From Veronia pacifica (GTDB lineage Bacteria; Pseudomonadota; Gammaproteobacteria; Enterobacterales; Vibrionaceae), in assembly GCF_001707825.1 (NCBI RefSeq), contig NZ_LYBM01000003.1, positions 146,354 to 210,353 on the forward strand: a DNA stretch of 64,000 nucleotides. The letters run 5' to 3'. Below, in pieces: positions 28,914 through 39,571 of this stretch (the first letter of the stretch is position 1; every line of letters starts with the position of its first letter). The notes below the pieces were generated by a model. That model searched no databases and was not told the DNA's origin. It was given only the letters and a program-made list of their open reading frames with translations. The translations under genes were made by a program, and so were the position numbers.

Positions 28914-29390
28914 GTGGATATTTCTCTTGAAACACTCAGCGGAAAAGACATTGAACTGCATAAAGAGTTTATTTACGTCGCACTTTGGGATGCACCTGAT
29001 GAGCCGAGAAGACCAAGAGATTCAGTCAATCATCCGAAAGTCGCCGCTTATTACAATGACTGGGGACAACCTCATGATCTTGGGGTAATTGCCTATGTCG
29101 ATGGCAATGCAGCTGGGTTCATCCAATCGAGAATTAAAGAGTCAGTCACGGTTGATTATGCCAACTACCCTGAACTCGTGATTGCAGTGATGCCCCTCTA
29201 TCAGGGAAAAGGAATCGGCTCTCAATTATTTAAATGGCTGCTTGCCGAGGTCAGGCATAAATATCCGGGGATCCGACTCGGCGTAAATCCGAAAAATAAG
29301 GCGGCGATAGCATTATACAAACGTTTTCAATTTGAATTTTACGCGCAACCTGAAGGCGCGTATCCACAAATGGTGGTAAAATTTGATTAA
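28914..29390 (+). CDS. GNAT family N-acetyltransferase
   Basis: Acetyl-CoA motif QGKGIGSQL. GTG start with RBS ggag 7 nt upstream. Confidence 0.7.
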   Translation: MDISLETLSGKDIELHKEFIYVALWDAPDEPRRPRDSVNHPKVAAYYNDWGQPHDLGVIAYVDGNAAGFIQSRIKESVTVDYANYPELVIAVMPLYQGKGIGSQLFKWLLAEVRHKYPGIRLGVNPKNKAAIALYKRFQFEFYAQPEGAYPQMVVKFD

Positions 29391-29487
29391 TAATCAACAA
29401 TTAATCCGGTGCAGACACGAGATGCTTTTGAACTGATGATAACGAGCCCGGTTATGCATTGAGTCAGCAGAGATTCTCTAAATATCG

Positions 29488-30672
29488 CTATTTTTGCTCA
29501 AACAACCAATAGGGTTTAACAAGATTATTTCGGCCTTTGAGTTTGTATGTGTTTCGAAGAAAATGTCGCACTTGTTTAGCCGATGTGCTTTCCATTGCGC
29601 CCCACACGGTGTCAAAGTGCGACAGCCCTGTTAACGCCTTAATGACATTGTCACCTTGATCTTGAAAGGAGCATGTAATACGGATCACCTTTGTTCCCTC
29701 AGGCAATATGACATCATCAAAATACGCTTGTTCGGCTTGGCAGTGGCTCACTATTATTAACGTTGGAGCCATTGGATTTGTCCATTGTTGCAACAACCCA
29801 GCGGCAGCAGGATAAGCCGTTTCATCGCAGAAAAGAACATTGTTACCCTCAATCAATGCGGGATGATTATCGGCGTGGTCACCCGATGTATAAAGAATAT
29901 CACCAACCTTCAATGAATCAGCCCACACACTGCCTTTACTCATGCCATGTGTGAATATGTCGAGGATACCAAAGTAATGTGTTTTTCCATCATGTTCGGC
30001 TGACCACGTGTTTCTTAGCGTATATGCGCGCACGTTTTTTTGCGTATTTGCCACGACTGATCGCCGTATCTTTACGGGTATCAATTTTAACGACCATGAC
30101 AGTTTTCTCAAAATTAGCCGATTAACGTGCTGACCGTACTTTGTAAGAGGTGACTGTTCTGGTGTTTGATGCGTCAGTGTTTTCAAGTGAGTACTAAAAC
30201 ACAAGCCTGCCCATTGCTCGGGAAAGGGCAATTCTGTGCGAACAGTAATACGGGTAAAATTCTGAGTGAGAGATTTTTTATCCGTTACCGTTAAGAACCG
30301 TTTCACTTCTTTTTGTACGACGTCAGGATCAGCGAAGAGATACGCGAGGTAAAAAACCCTCTCTTCCAACGTACCTTTGATAGTGAAGGGCACAAACAAT
30401 TCTTCACGCCGAGCGCTATTCGCATCTTCTACGAACAAAAGCACCCCCTCTTCAAATATGTCCTCTAAAATGACGCTTTTAAAAGTGCGCTGGGGGTATT
30501 TTGCCTTCGCAATAGCGTTAAGTTCACGCCCGTGATCTTCATTAACATGCTCAATAATATCAATAGCATGGTCATAATTAGCAACCTGCGTCCGTTGCAT
30601 AGCTTTTTTCTCTCCCTGTACAAAAATAAAATGAGCATCGCTAAATTGATTGGGCGGAAGCAGAGGTATCAA
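29488..30672 (-). CDS. siderophore-interacting protein (ViuB/SIP-type ferric-siderophore reductase) with N-terminal DUF2470-like domain
   Basis: FAD_binding_9 motif RAYTLR…HGMSKGSVWA…GDIL plus a C-terminal SIP fold. The N-terminal ~140 aa has a DUF2470-like NEDH motif. Confidence 0.7.
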   Translation of the reverse strand: MIPLLPPNQFSDAHFIFVQGEKKAMQRTQVANYDHAIDIIEHVNEDHGRELNAIAKAKYPQRTFKSVILEDIFEEGVLLFVEDANSARREELFVPFTIKGTLEERVFYLAYLFADPDVVQKEVKRFLTVTDKKSLTQNFTRITVRTELPFPEQWAGLCFSTHLKTLTHQTPEQSPLTKYGQHVNRLILRKLSWSLKLIPVKIRRSVVANTQKNVRAYTLRNTWSAEHDGKTHYFGILDIFTHGMSKGSVWADSLKVGDILYTSGDHADNHPALIEGNNVLFCDETAYPAAAGLLQQWTNPMAPTLIIVSHCQAEQAYFDDVILPEGTKVIRITCSFQDQGDNVIKALTGLSHFDTVWGAMESTSAKQVRHFLRNTYKLKGRNNLVKPYWLFEQK

Positions 30673-30757
30673 TACAATGCCCTGAGCTACATCCTTTCAG
30701 GTGTATTGACTATCCGTCGGGTCAGCAAACACACTACATGGTCAAGTAATGTCGAGC

Positions 30758-31510
30758 CTAATAACCACGGAAAAATCCACCATCCATCAGAATATTTTGG
30801 CCTGTAATATGTTTTGCCATAGGCCCTGTTAGAGATAGGATGGCATCGACAACATCACCCACCTCCGCATATTTTTTCATCGCGATGTTATCCACTTCAG
30901 TGGCAAGCTGTTCGTCTGGCGTAACGCCATTTAACACCGCCCTTTGTTTCAGTCTCGCGCGATAACTGTCTGTCATTACCGCCCCAAGAGATAGCGTATT
31001 GACCGCAATGCGCCTTTCTCCCAGTGCCAAAGACATTGTCTTCGCCTGCCCAAGCCAGGCAGAGCGAATGGTGTTGTTGGTCGCGTAATGAGAGAGGGCT
31101 GACTTGGTACTTAAACCGGAAACGATAACAATCTTCGCACTGTCAGATATTGCATCCGCTTCGAACAATAGCCGAAACAGCTGAAGTGGTTTAATGAAAA
31201 AATTAAGGTGGTCACTTATCAATTCTTCTTCCGTTGAAAACACTTCACTCTTGGGAGGAATACGCGGAATAATGAACACAACTTTGTCAATCTGTCCCTC
31301 AGAGGCAATTGTTTCAGATGCCTGCTGGATACTTTGACTATCAAAAAAGTCCAAGTGAACAGACGTAGCTTTTGAACTGAGGGATTTACACAGTTTGTTC
31401 AACTTGTCTTGATCCCGCCCGGTGAGAACGAGTTTCCCATCAACGACAATATTTTCTGCAACACTCAAACCGATGTGACTGGTTGCGCAGGTTATCAGGG
31501 TATTCGGCAT
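30758..31510 (-). CDS. SDR family oxidoreductase (atypical glycine motif)
   Basis: Rossmann-like N-terminus and an SDR fold. RBS aagga sits 7 nt before ATG 31510, whereas the 31528 start has no RBS. Confidence 0.65.
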   Translation of the reverse strand: MPNTLITCATSHIGLSVAENIVVDGKLVLTGRDQDKLNKLCKSLSSKATSVHLDFFDSQSIQQASETIASEGQIDKVVFIIPRIPPKSEVFSTEEELISDHLNFFIKPLQLFRLLFEADAISDSAKIVIVSGLSTKSALSHYATNNTIRSAWLGQAKTMSLALGERRIAVNTLSLGAVMTDSYRARLKQRAVLNGVTPDEQLATEVDNIAMKKYAEVGDVVDAILSLTGPMAKHITGQNILMDGGFFRGY

Positions 31511-31671
31511 CTTAGTTTCCTTGCTCATACTGCAGGTTGAGGATAAAAACTATCTTCAAAACGAACTACTTAATCAAGATGGCAAAGAGCAATAGCTAGG
31601 TACATTTAGCTATGTATTATCGCTAGATGTCTTCAATACCCTGAACTTTTTAAAAGCACACCAACAATGGG

Positions 31672-32718
31672 CTAGCCACTCACCTCCGCGGCCTTAACAT
31701 CATCAGATTTTTTGAAGATATCTGTTATCTTCAAACGCTGACCATAGCCCAACACAATCAGAATCAAAGCAGAGGCAATAATCGGCATATGGCCCACTAG
31801 TTCCATTAATGCAGCCTCTTTCATTCCCTCGTAGAGGAAAACAAGATTAGATGCCAGTAGGAACAAAGATAATACGAACGTATTTAATCGGGTCACTGTC
31901 CCTAAAATTAAGATGGTGCCAAACACAACTTCCATCATTCCCGCTGACAGAACAAAGAGCCGATCATCGAAAAATTCGAAGCCTAGCGTCTGCATAAAGT
32001 TCCAAGGATGTTGGCGCATAAACTCTTGGCCTAATGGCGCACCAATAATTTTTTCCGATAAGCCCAAAGTTGCTAACGAGATGCCAGTGAAAATCCGTAA
32101 TGCGGCGACAGAATAAGGCTTAAAACGGTTTCTCCCACTCTCCGTTGGCATGTTGTTAAACAACAGGAACAAAGCAATACCCGTCATGTTGATGTACTCC
32201 AGCATGCTGATGGGGTTGAACTGGATAAGAACCCCTACCACCAATACCAAAAGCAGAATCGCTGCATAAAACAAAAATCTATTTGCTATCAGCATTAAGC
32301 CAATGAACGCTTCTAGGAACACGAGGAATACACCCATACCATCATGAGCAACAAGGTGAGGGGCGATGAGCTTTCCATCGTATGCCGTAAGCAGTAATGA
32401 CATACCCGTTAAAATACGAACGATTTCTATGACATCATGGCGGGTTTTACTGTCCACAATAGGCGGTGTCGGCAAGCGGCTGTCTAAGAATATTGATGTC
32501 AAAATCATAACAGCGGCGATAGCTATCCATATCCCTACCATTGGCTCATTCAAGCTATACGGCTTGAACGTGTCCGGCGGCTGGAGATCCGGAGATACAA
32601 ACCACTTCACATGCGCAAAACTATCTGGTGAATAAAAGAGAAAAACGAAAGAAGTGGCAAAGAAGGTCAACAGACAAAGTGACCTAAGAGAGTGACTAAT
32701 TTGATTTGCTGGCTTCAT
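31672..32718 (-). CDS. integral membrane protein with two DoxX-like halves
   Basis: Eight to ten predicted TM helices. The second half contains the DoxX-like RIFTGISLATLGLSEK. Start ambiguous between ATG 32718 and GTG 32730. Confidence 0.55.
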   Translation of the reverse strand: MKPANQISHSLRSLCLLTFFATSFVFLFYSPDSFAHVKWFVSPDLQPPDTFKPYSLNEPMVGIWIAIAAVMILTSIFLDSRLPTPPIVDSKTRHDVIEIVRILTGMSLLLTAYDGKLIAPHLVAHDGMGVFLVFLEAFIGLMLIANRFLFYAAILLLVLVVGVLIQFNPISMLEYINMTGIALFLLFNNMPTESGRNRFKPYSVAALRIFTGISLATLGLSEKIIGAPLGQEFMRQHPWNFMQTLGFEFFDDRLFVLSAGMMEVVFGTILILGTVTRLNTFVLSLFLLASNLVFLYEGMKEAALMELVGHMPIIASALILIVLGYGQRLKITDIFKKSDDVKAAEVSG

Positions 32719-33337
32719 TACCTGCCCCACCTGTTATTGTACTGAGTGTATAAAATGTTGACACCTGCTCAACGACATAATAGACACAAGTTATCTTAGT
32801 ATATTGTTTCATTATTGCATTTAGACGTAACGTAAACAGTCAATGCGAATTATAAATATGAAATATAAATCAGTCTGATATGAATAGTTTCACGTACAAA
32901 GACTAGTACAGAGATACTTATAAGGGTCTAACAATCCGCCATTAATAATCAAAAAAAGAAATGAGATGCTTTATTTAGCAAAATAGAAATAAAGTATTTT
33001 CCGTATCAATTATATGGCCACTCCTATATTTTATGAGTAACTTATAAAACCACGAAAATAATAGTATTATTTACATTCACTGCATCACTATTAATTAATA
33101 TCAAGAGTATCCACATATTATTACTTATTAAAAGCCAATTATTGATGGATATGTTGAAGTGCATCGCTATTCAAGTTGAAGGATTTTGTACAACACATAA
33201 AAACACAGCATGTCTGGTAAAAAACTCACAGGTATGAATAGCGACCCAAGCGCTCTTTTTGACGTTTTAAGGAGAATATGACGAGTACTGCACATCAGTC
33301 TCGTTGAGTCTTGCATCTTCAGGTTACTAGATATGTT

Positions 33338-33367
33338 CGAAAAGAATTCCCACCCGGCTTGGGTGGG
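33338..33367 (-). terminator. rho-independent terminator of the TelA operon
   Basis: The minus strand reads CCCACCC-aagcc-GGGTGGG then AATTCTTTTCG, 10 nt after the telA stop. Confidence 0.8.
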
Positions 33368-33376
33368 ATGGGTAAT

Positions 33377-34441
33377 TTAGCGTTCCAAAGATTGTTGAAG
33401 TGCTACCTTAAGCTCCTGCTCAGCTCTCTCAATAACTTGCTGTGCTTGCTCTCGTTGTGCACGCCCCTCCTTCACCCGCAACAGGGTATTATTCAGGGTT
33501 TCAATGGTCAGTTGGTTAACCGCTTGCAAAGAGTCAATATCAAGGATTCCACGTTGATAGTTCTCAGCAATTTGCTCTTCCAGTACTTTCAGCTTTTCTG
33601 CATTCTGCACGTACTGCCGATTGGTATAATCTTTAACCGCTCGCGTCACCTTCAACGCTTTTTCTTTTTCATAATTCGAAATGGCAATGAGGAACTGGCG
33701 TTTCCAGAGAGGAAAAGTGTTGTGAACGATATCCTGAATATCCTCCATCAACATTTTGTTTCCCTCCTGCGACAACCTGATCTGCGGCGCAGTCTGTATA
33801 GCGGCCAATCGGGTCAATTCGAGGTTGTGTACGCGTTTCTCAAGACGGGCAACCGCCTGAGTGGCATCACGATACTTTTGCGCATCAAGCGCGTCACCGC
33901 TACTCTCAGACTGCTGTAACAGTTGAGGTAACAGGTTCTGATTTAAGTCATTCAGCTTATATTTTCCTGCCGCAATATATTCCTCTAACCCTTTCAAAAA
34001 CGCCAGGTTGTGATCGTAAAGGGCATCCAACTGACCAATGTCGTGAGCCAGTTTAATTTCCTGTGCCTCCAGACGGCTGGATAAGGCATCAAGCTGACCC
34101 TTAACCGAATCAAAGCTTGCAGAGAATGATTTGAACGAGTCAAACATTTCACCAATTAGCGGTAACTTAGAGAGCAGGTTAGTCTTCCCGATACCATCAA
34201 ATTCGGCACCATCCATTGATGACACCATTTCTTGTAAAATATTGCCCGCCTCGCCGCTGTCCCGAACCCGAATCTGATCCAACACCTGGTCTGAGAACGC
34301 GGTGATCTGCTCCAGCGCCTCTTTGCCAAAGGTGATCGTCGCAACGGTATCAAAAGGGTCGAAACGACCAGCTATCTCAATCGCCTGCGGCGTCACCTCA
34401 ACGTCCCTGATCTGCGCAGTCTGATGAGTCAATTCAGTCAT
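33377..34441 (-). CDS. telA: TelA/KlaB family toxic-anion-resistance protein
   Basis: About 355 aa, coiled-coil rich, with TelA family length and pattern. RBS aaagga sits 7 nt before ATG 34441. The upstream TTG at 34504 has no RBS. Confidence 0.7.
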   Translation of the reverse strand: MTELTHQTAQIRDVEVTPQAIEIAGRFDPFDTVATITFGKEALEQITAFSDQVLDQIRVRDSGEAGNILQEMVSSMDGAEFDGIGKTNLLSKLPLIGEMFDSFKSFSASFDSVKGQLDALSSRLEAQEIKLAHDIGQLDALYDHNLAFLKGLEEYIAAGKYKLNDLNQNLLPQLLQQSESSGDALDAQKYRDATQAVARLEKRVHNLELTRLAAIQTAPQIRLSQEGNKMLMEDIQDIVHNTFPLWKRQFLIAISNYEKEKALKVTRAVKDYTNRQYVQNAEKLKVLEEQIAENYQRGILDIDSLQAVNQLTIETLNNTLLRVKEGRAQREQAQQVIERAEQELKVALQQSLER

Positions 34442-34645
34442 GAGGTATTCCTTTAATCTGTTGCAGTTGGTAGAAAAGCCCACCAACTGCGGTTCAACTA
34501 ACAAAATACGCAGAGAAATCTGCGCTCAGGGTCATGTCTTCCTGATAGATTTATTCGCAACGCATGCATGTCACACTCTGCGGTCGTTTATATCGTGGGA
34601 GCAGAAACTGTATGGTACTTAAACCACGCTTCATGAAAGTGAAGT

Positions 34646-37600
34646 TCAATGACTTTCTGCCTCGCTACTCGGACTGAACCGGGAGAGTTGCTGGTTAAGC
34701 AATGCCAGTTGCTGCACAACCTGACCGCCTCTGTCTTCGGTATCTCCCATGAGTTGCTGACGTTGGTAACCTTCTTTGATGTTCTGCCAACGAGCTTGTT
34801 GATCGGGTGTCATGTCACCGCGTATTTCAGCCAGCTTGAGCAGGTTCTCCTCAGTGCCGGCTGCCAGAGTCTGTGCCTCTCCCTGATAATGATCCTGCAG
34901 CAAGGTATTAAGCTCTTGGTCTGTCATCACGGCTGAGATCTTCTCTGACAACTTGTTCATGTTGCGATAGGAACCCTGCAGTTTAAACGGCGGTTCAATA
35001 CGGTATTGGTCGGCAGTGGCCGCAGACTGAATGTACTGCTGGTTGACTTTCAGCACCGTCTGTTGAGCCAACATCAGTTTCTGCAGCGTGGTAACGATTT
35101 CGTTAGCCTCGGTAGATGAGTAAGCATGGCTCATTTCACTCAGTGCAATACTCTCACCCTGTGCCATAGCGACAAAGCGATAAAGATCGTTGAGATCACG
35201 GGTCGCCAAAGGCGCAAGTACACTGTTGGAGGTCAGTGAGTTTTCGATAAAGCTCAGTTCAAATGCAACTTTCTGATCAGAAAGCATGTCACCAAGGTTA
35301 TAAATATCAGCACGGTTAGCGAGCATATCCGGAATACGGAAGGCCTCACCACTCTCGGTATAAGGGTTACCTGCCATCGCAATCGCGAATTTCTTACCCC
35401 GCATATCATAGGTTTTGGTTTTTCCTTGCCAGGTGCCTTCAATACGTCTGGTACCGTCACAGAGAGAGATAAATTTCTGTAAAAATTCCGGATGAGTATG
35501 CTGGATATCATCAAGATACAAGAGCACGTTGTTACCCATTTCAAAGGCGAGGTTAATTTTCTCTATCTCACGGGCTGCATTTTGATCAGGGGCATCGGCG
35601 GGATCCAAAGACGTCGCCTGATGACCAATTGAAGGTCCGTTGATCTTCATAAAAACCAGACCCAGCTTATGCGCTACATACTCAATGAGTGTGGTTTTTC
35701 CGTAACCCGGCGGAGAAATGAGTAGCAACATACCCATCAAATCTGTACGTTTTTTGTCACCCAGTGTCCCCATCTGCTTGGCAAAGTTATCACCAATCAA
35801 GGGCAGGTAACTGTCACTGATCAACTTATTTCTGACAAACGAGGTAAGCGGACGCGGCTTGAATTCATTGAGACGAAAATTCTCTTTTGCTGAACTCAAC
35901 ATCTCAGTTCGTTGTGAGAGGTAGTTTTCAAATTCCGGCAACACTCTGCATCTATGATGTTCATTGCGCAGCAGAAAATCGTCCAAGACCAGAGACAACC
36001 TGCCGTTTTGCAGCCTGTCGTGCTCTCCGAGCAAACCCTGCACCTCGCAGGCTAACGAAAAGTCATCACTGACGATGCTCAAGTCGGAACAGGTTCTCAC
36101 CACGGCAAGTGTCGCTGCCTCTACAACAAAGTCCGCACCGTACGATTTTTGTTTGGTGTAGGCCGTCAGCCACTGTTGGTGATCGACAAACAAGTCCTGT
36201 ATCGGTCCTTTAGTAGGCTGCCAGCCCAAGCTGCGGCGAAATTGAAGATAATCGTCACAAAGGCTCTGCGCATCCTGACTGACCGCGATACGCCGATCGG
36301 CATCCGCCAAGACATTCACTAAATAATCAGCGGCTTCAGCGGATTGTTCACCGTCGATCCGCTCAGACAGTTGTTGCTGGAGCTCATGGTAAGCCTCTAA
36401 GCAATTGAGATGGCTCTTGAGCAGGTTGGCGTTGGTAGCACTAACACGAAACTGCATCAGTGTGTCCGCCGGGCATGCGATCAGCCACAGTAAGGCCGAC
36501 GATCGGGCGAGCTGACTGAATCGCAATAAACCAGCCTGTTGGTAAACAGGTAAAATGCTCTCAAGGATCGCTGTCGCATCATTATCGTGAATGCCTTTTA
36601 CATAGCCCTCCCGATAGCGTGGAGCAGCAAAACGCTGCACATGCGACAGTAAATCTCCTTGTTTCGTTAACTCTGCAAGATCGGACAAGGTCTGCCCTTG
36701 CTCATTATTGACCGCCTGATGAAGTACCAGATAAGCGAGAAACTCAGCGCGATAAACCTGCTCACTCTCCGACGCCACATCAAGTCTCGCCATTGATTGC
36801 AGCTTGAGAAAAGCCTGATCTTCAATTGTCTGATAAAAGTCAGTACCAGAAATATGGGTACAGAGCTGTCCTTTGTGATCAACCAGAGACAAATCGAGAG
36901 GTTGTTGGTTAACACTGAATCTATGTTTTCCCAATCGAAGGACTTTGCCGCCCTGCTCAAAGATGTCTTGATTATCACGCAATGATCGCAATGACTGATC
37001 TTGCAAAGACTTGATACGTGAATCAACACTGTCAGCTTTAACGCTGTCGCCCAGTTCGCGAATCGACTGCGACAGCTGGTGTAATTTGAGCACCATTGCA
37101 TCTGTTGCAAAATAACTGTTCAGCGCCGCAACATCATCAAAACGCTCTACCCGCTTTTCGATACTGGTAATCGTCACGTTGGCAGCCTGCAATAGATTCT
37201 GCACCCGGCGTTGTTGGCCCGCCACCAACTGCTGTTTGTGGTTTTCCAGTGTCGACTGGATCTCGTCACGCTTGGCATAAATCTCAGCCAAAAACTGATC
37301 AAAATCAGCAAAACGAGATTCAAGTTTATCTAATTGACCAACCAAACGAGCGAGTTGATTGTCGCATTCATCCGGCGTCGTCGCCTGCTCCATGGCACTA
37401 CTGACAGACTGGCTGAGCAACTTAAACTGCGCACTGAACTCGGCTTGTGCCTCCTCGCTCTGCAAACTTTTTGCTTTTCCGCGAAGCTTTGCCGATACCG
37501 TATTTAATAGGGAAGAAACCTCTGTTGTCAGGTCCAGAATACGAGTCGCCTGCGTCGGGTCCTCTGTCTCTATTTCAGTGACTTCTTCAGTGACCAGTTG

Positions 37601-39514
37601 TAAGTCGCTACGTAAAATATCGACCTGTGATTGGAGTTGCTGAAGGTCTGCTGTTTTTTGCAGTTTACCGAGTTGTTCTTCGATCTCTTCGATCTGTTTT
37701 CTATAGGGTAAATAGGCTTTTTCTTCCTGCAGCAACGTCAGTAACTGATGATTCAAAGACTCCCGCTGTTCCTGCAAGATTGCCAGCAATTGATCGAGTT
37801 CTACCTGATCGACATAATGTTGCTGGCGAAGCGCCATGACGGCACCCACCTGACCTTTTACCTCTGACAATAATGCCAGTAAGGTATTAGCCTGATCCTT
37901 TGGCGCAAGTTTAATTTTTCCGCTGAGTTCCGTTAGTACCTGCTGTTGGTGCTCAACACTTTTTGCTGCGTGTGACTGAAGCTGCTGAACCTTAGCAAAC
38001 TCATCAATGATTTTGTCAGCCGTATCCATCAACTCCGTGATGGCCTGTCCTATACCCTGTGCATAATCATGTTCGAGCCAGTTATAGTGATCACGGGTTG
38101 ACTGACACTGCTTCAGCAACACCTCATAAGCAGTTTGTGTAACCTCTTCAGTCTGGGAAAGCTGACAAATAGATAATACTGACGATAACGCCCTAACCAG
38201 CTCTGCGTTACCGAGATTAAATAAAGGGCTACCAGCGCTTGATGATCCATTGATATTGGCGTAGTGCTCAGTGGTCGAAAAAGGTGTTTCCCATACGCGA
38301 AGAGGATGGATAGTCGAGGCATCCGCATTTTCAGACAGCTGGAAAACTAACATCCGGCCATCTGGATAAAGGCTATAACCGTGGCTCTCCATCGGTGCCT
38401 CAAACCGCTTCTCAATCAGGTTGTAGGTATAGGAGATATAATGGCCCGACACTGCATCGAAGAAGATATAGAGGATATCTTCACCATTCGGTGACGTGAT
38501 CATCTGGAAAAACTTCAGGTGTTCAGGTTCAAAATCGAACTGTTTACGTTCTCCGTTCGCCAACACATAACCGCTGGCATATAACACCCCATGGCCTTCT
38601 GGTAACACTTTAAAACTGCTTGCCATCGCGTCAGCACGAACCACTGACTGGTTTAATGGGTTATAGATAAAGTAGCGGCTCTTTTTTTCTCGGCTGGGCC
38701 TGATTCTGAGCGCAATTAAGTCGTCAACAAATGCATAGGCAATGTCAGCATCAGCAACGCTTTGATAAGGATCATCAACTTCTTCACTATAGATACCCTT
38801 GCCATCTTGCGTGTTGTCCTCAATTTTGATGCTCAGGTCACCGCCGATGCAATCCACAAACAAACGGTCTTCAATCGAAACATGGGGATGGTCGCCAAGT
38901 ATATGATTGTCACGGTTAGTCGATTGCCATTCCACGTCAAACTGGGCCACGCTCTCAAGTGGCGTATGGCCATGTGAGTCAAGGTATTCCGTCGAGCCTG
39001 CATTGAGCTGAAAACGAAACACCTTCCTATCTTCAGGTCGCGTACCAATCTGGAAGGCAATGTAAAGAACATTCTCCTGTCGCGAAATTTGCGACAGCCT
39101 TGCATCACGGTAATAGGTGAATAGCTCAGTAAACTCATGAACGAAGCGTGGATCAGCAAGAAAGCTGTCATCAACGGCTAGGGGCTCAACTCTGAAGGCC
39201 CCCTCGTTGTCATGAAACTGATAGAGGCCGAAGACATCAGAAAGTGACGGCGTCACTTTCATGCCAACTTTTACATGGTAACCAAACAATAATTGCTGAT
39301 TGACCTGAGCCATATCAATGGGAATACAGCGGGCATCGGTCTGAACATTAGCCTTTCCGACCAGTTTTCGTTCCTGACCGCCAAAGATCTGTTGCCGAGC
39401 TTGATTGAATGACTGAGAAAGAGAGGATAAATGCTTGCCCTGTTGGGACAGACGGGATTTCAGAACCTCGTAAGCACCGCCTTCACTCACAGCCTTTTGT
39501 GTCGTGTCTGACAT
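34646..39514 (-). CDS. 1622-aa protein with an embedded MoxR/AAA_5-type AAA+ ATPase module (about residues 1180-1340), coiled-coil rich; function unknown
   Basis: Walker A ISPPGYGKTTLIEY, Walker B VLLYLDDI, sensor-1-like AMAGNPYTE and Arg finger IPDMLANRADIY. The flanking regions show no recognisable domain. Confidence 0.75.
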   Translation of the reverse strand: MSDTTQKAVSEGGAYEVLKSRLSQQGKHLSSLSQSFNQARQQIFGGQERKLVGKANVQTDARCIPIDMAQVNQQLLFGYHVKVGMKVTPSLSDVFGLYQFHDNEGAFRVEPLAVDDSFLADPRFVHEFTELFTYYRDARLSQISRQENVLYIAFQIGTRPEDRKVFRFQLNAGSTEYLDSHGHTPLESVAQFDVEWQSTNRDNHILGDHPHVSIEDRLFVDCIGGDLSIKIEDNTQDGKGIYSEEVDDPYQSVADADIAYAFVDDLIALRIRPSREKKSRYFIYNPLNQSVVRADAMASSFKVLPEGHGVLYASGYVLANGERKQFDFEPEHLKFFQMITSPNGEDILYIFFDAVSGHYISYTYNLIEKRFEAPMESHGYSLYPDGRMLVFQLSENADASTIHPLRVWETPFSTTEHYANINGSSSAGSPLFNLGNAELVRALSSVLSICQLSQTEEVTQTAYEVLLKQCQSTRDHYNWLEHDYAQGIGQAITELMDTADKIIDEFAKVQQLQSHAAKSVEHQQQVLTELSGKIKLAPKDQANTLLALLSEVKGQVGAVMALRQQHYVDQVELDQLLAILQEQRESLNHQLLTLLQEEKAYLPYRKQIEEIEEQLGKLQKTADLQQLQSQVDILRSDLQLVTEEVTEIETEDPTQATRILDLTTEVSSLLNTVSAKLRGKAKSLQSEEAQAEFSAQFKLLSQSVSSAMEQATTPDECDNQLARLVGQLDKLESRFADFDQFLAEIYAKRDEIQSTLENHKQQLVAGQQRRVQNLLQAANVTITSIEKRVERFDDVAALNSYFATDAMVLKLHQLSQSIRELGDSVKADSVDSRIKSLQDQSLRSLRDNQDIFEQGGKVLRLGKHRFSVNQQPLDLSLVDHKGQLCTHISGTDFYQTIEDQAFLKLQSMARLDVASESEQVYRAEFLAYLVLHQAVNNEQGQTLSDLAELTKQGDLLSHVQRFAAPRYREGYVKGIHDNDATAILESILPVYQQAGLLRFSQLARSSALLWLIACPADTLMQFRVSATNANLLKSHLNCLEAYHELQQQLSERIDGEQSAEAADYLVNVLADADRRIAVSQDAQSLCDDYLQFRRSLGWQPTKGPIQDLFVDHQQWLTAYTKQKSYGADFVVEAATLAVVRTCSDLSIVSDDFSLACEVQGLLGEHDRLQNGRLSLVLDDFLLRNEHHRCRVLPEFENYLSQRTEMLSSAKENFRLNEFKPRPLTSFVRNKLISDSYLPLIGDNFAKQMGTLGDKKRTDLMGMLLLISPPGYGKTTLIEYVAHKLGLVFMKINGPSIGHQATSLDPADAPDQNAAREIEKINLAFEMGNNVLLYLDDIQHTHPEFLQKFISLCDGTRRIEGTWQGKTKTYDMRGKKFAIAMAGNPYTESGEAFRIPDMLANRADIYNLGDMLSDQKVAFELSFIENSLTSNSVLAPLATRDLNDLYRFVAMAQGESIALSEMSHAYSSTEANEIVTTLQKLMLAQQTVLKVNQQYIQSAATADQYRIEPPFKLQGSYRNMNKLSEKISAVMTDQELNTLLQDHYQGEAQTLAAGTEENLLKLAEIRGDMTPDQQARWQNIKEGYQRQQLMGDTEDRGGQVVQQLALLNQQLSRFSPSSEAESH

Positions 39515-39571
39515 GCTGATACCTGTTTATCCCGTCTCTGATGAGACGGGATCCTGTGAGAGAGAAAATAG

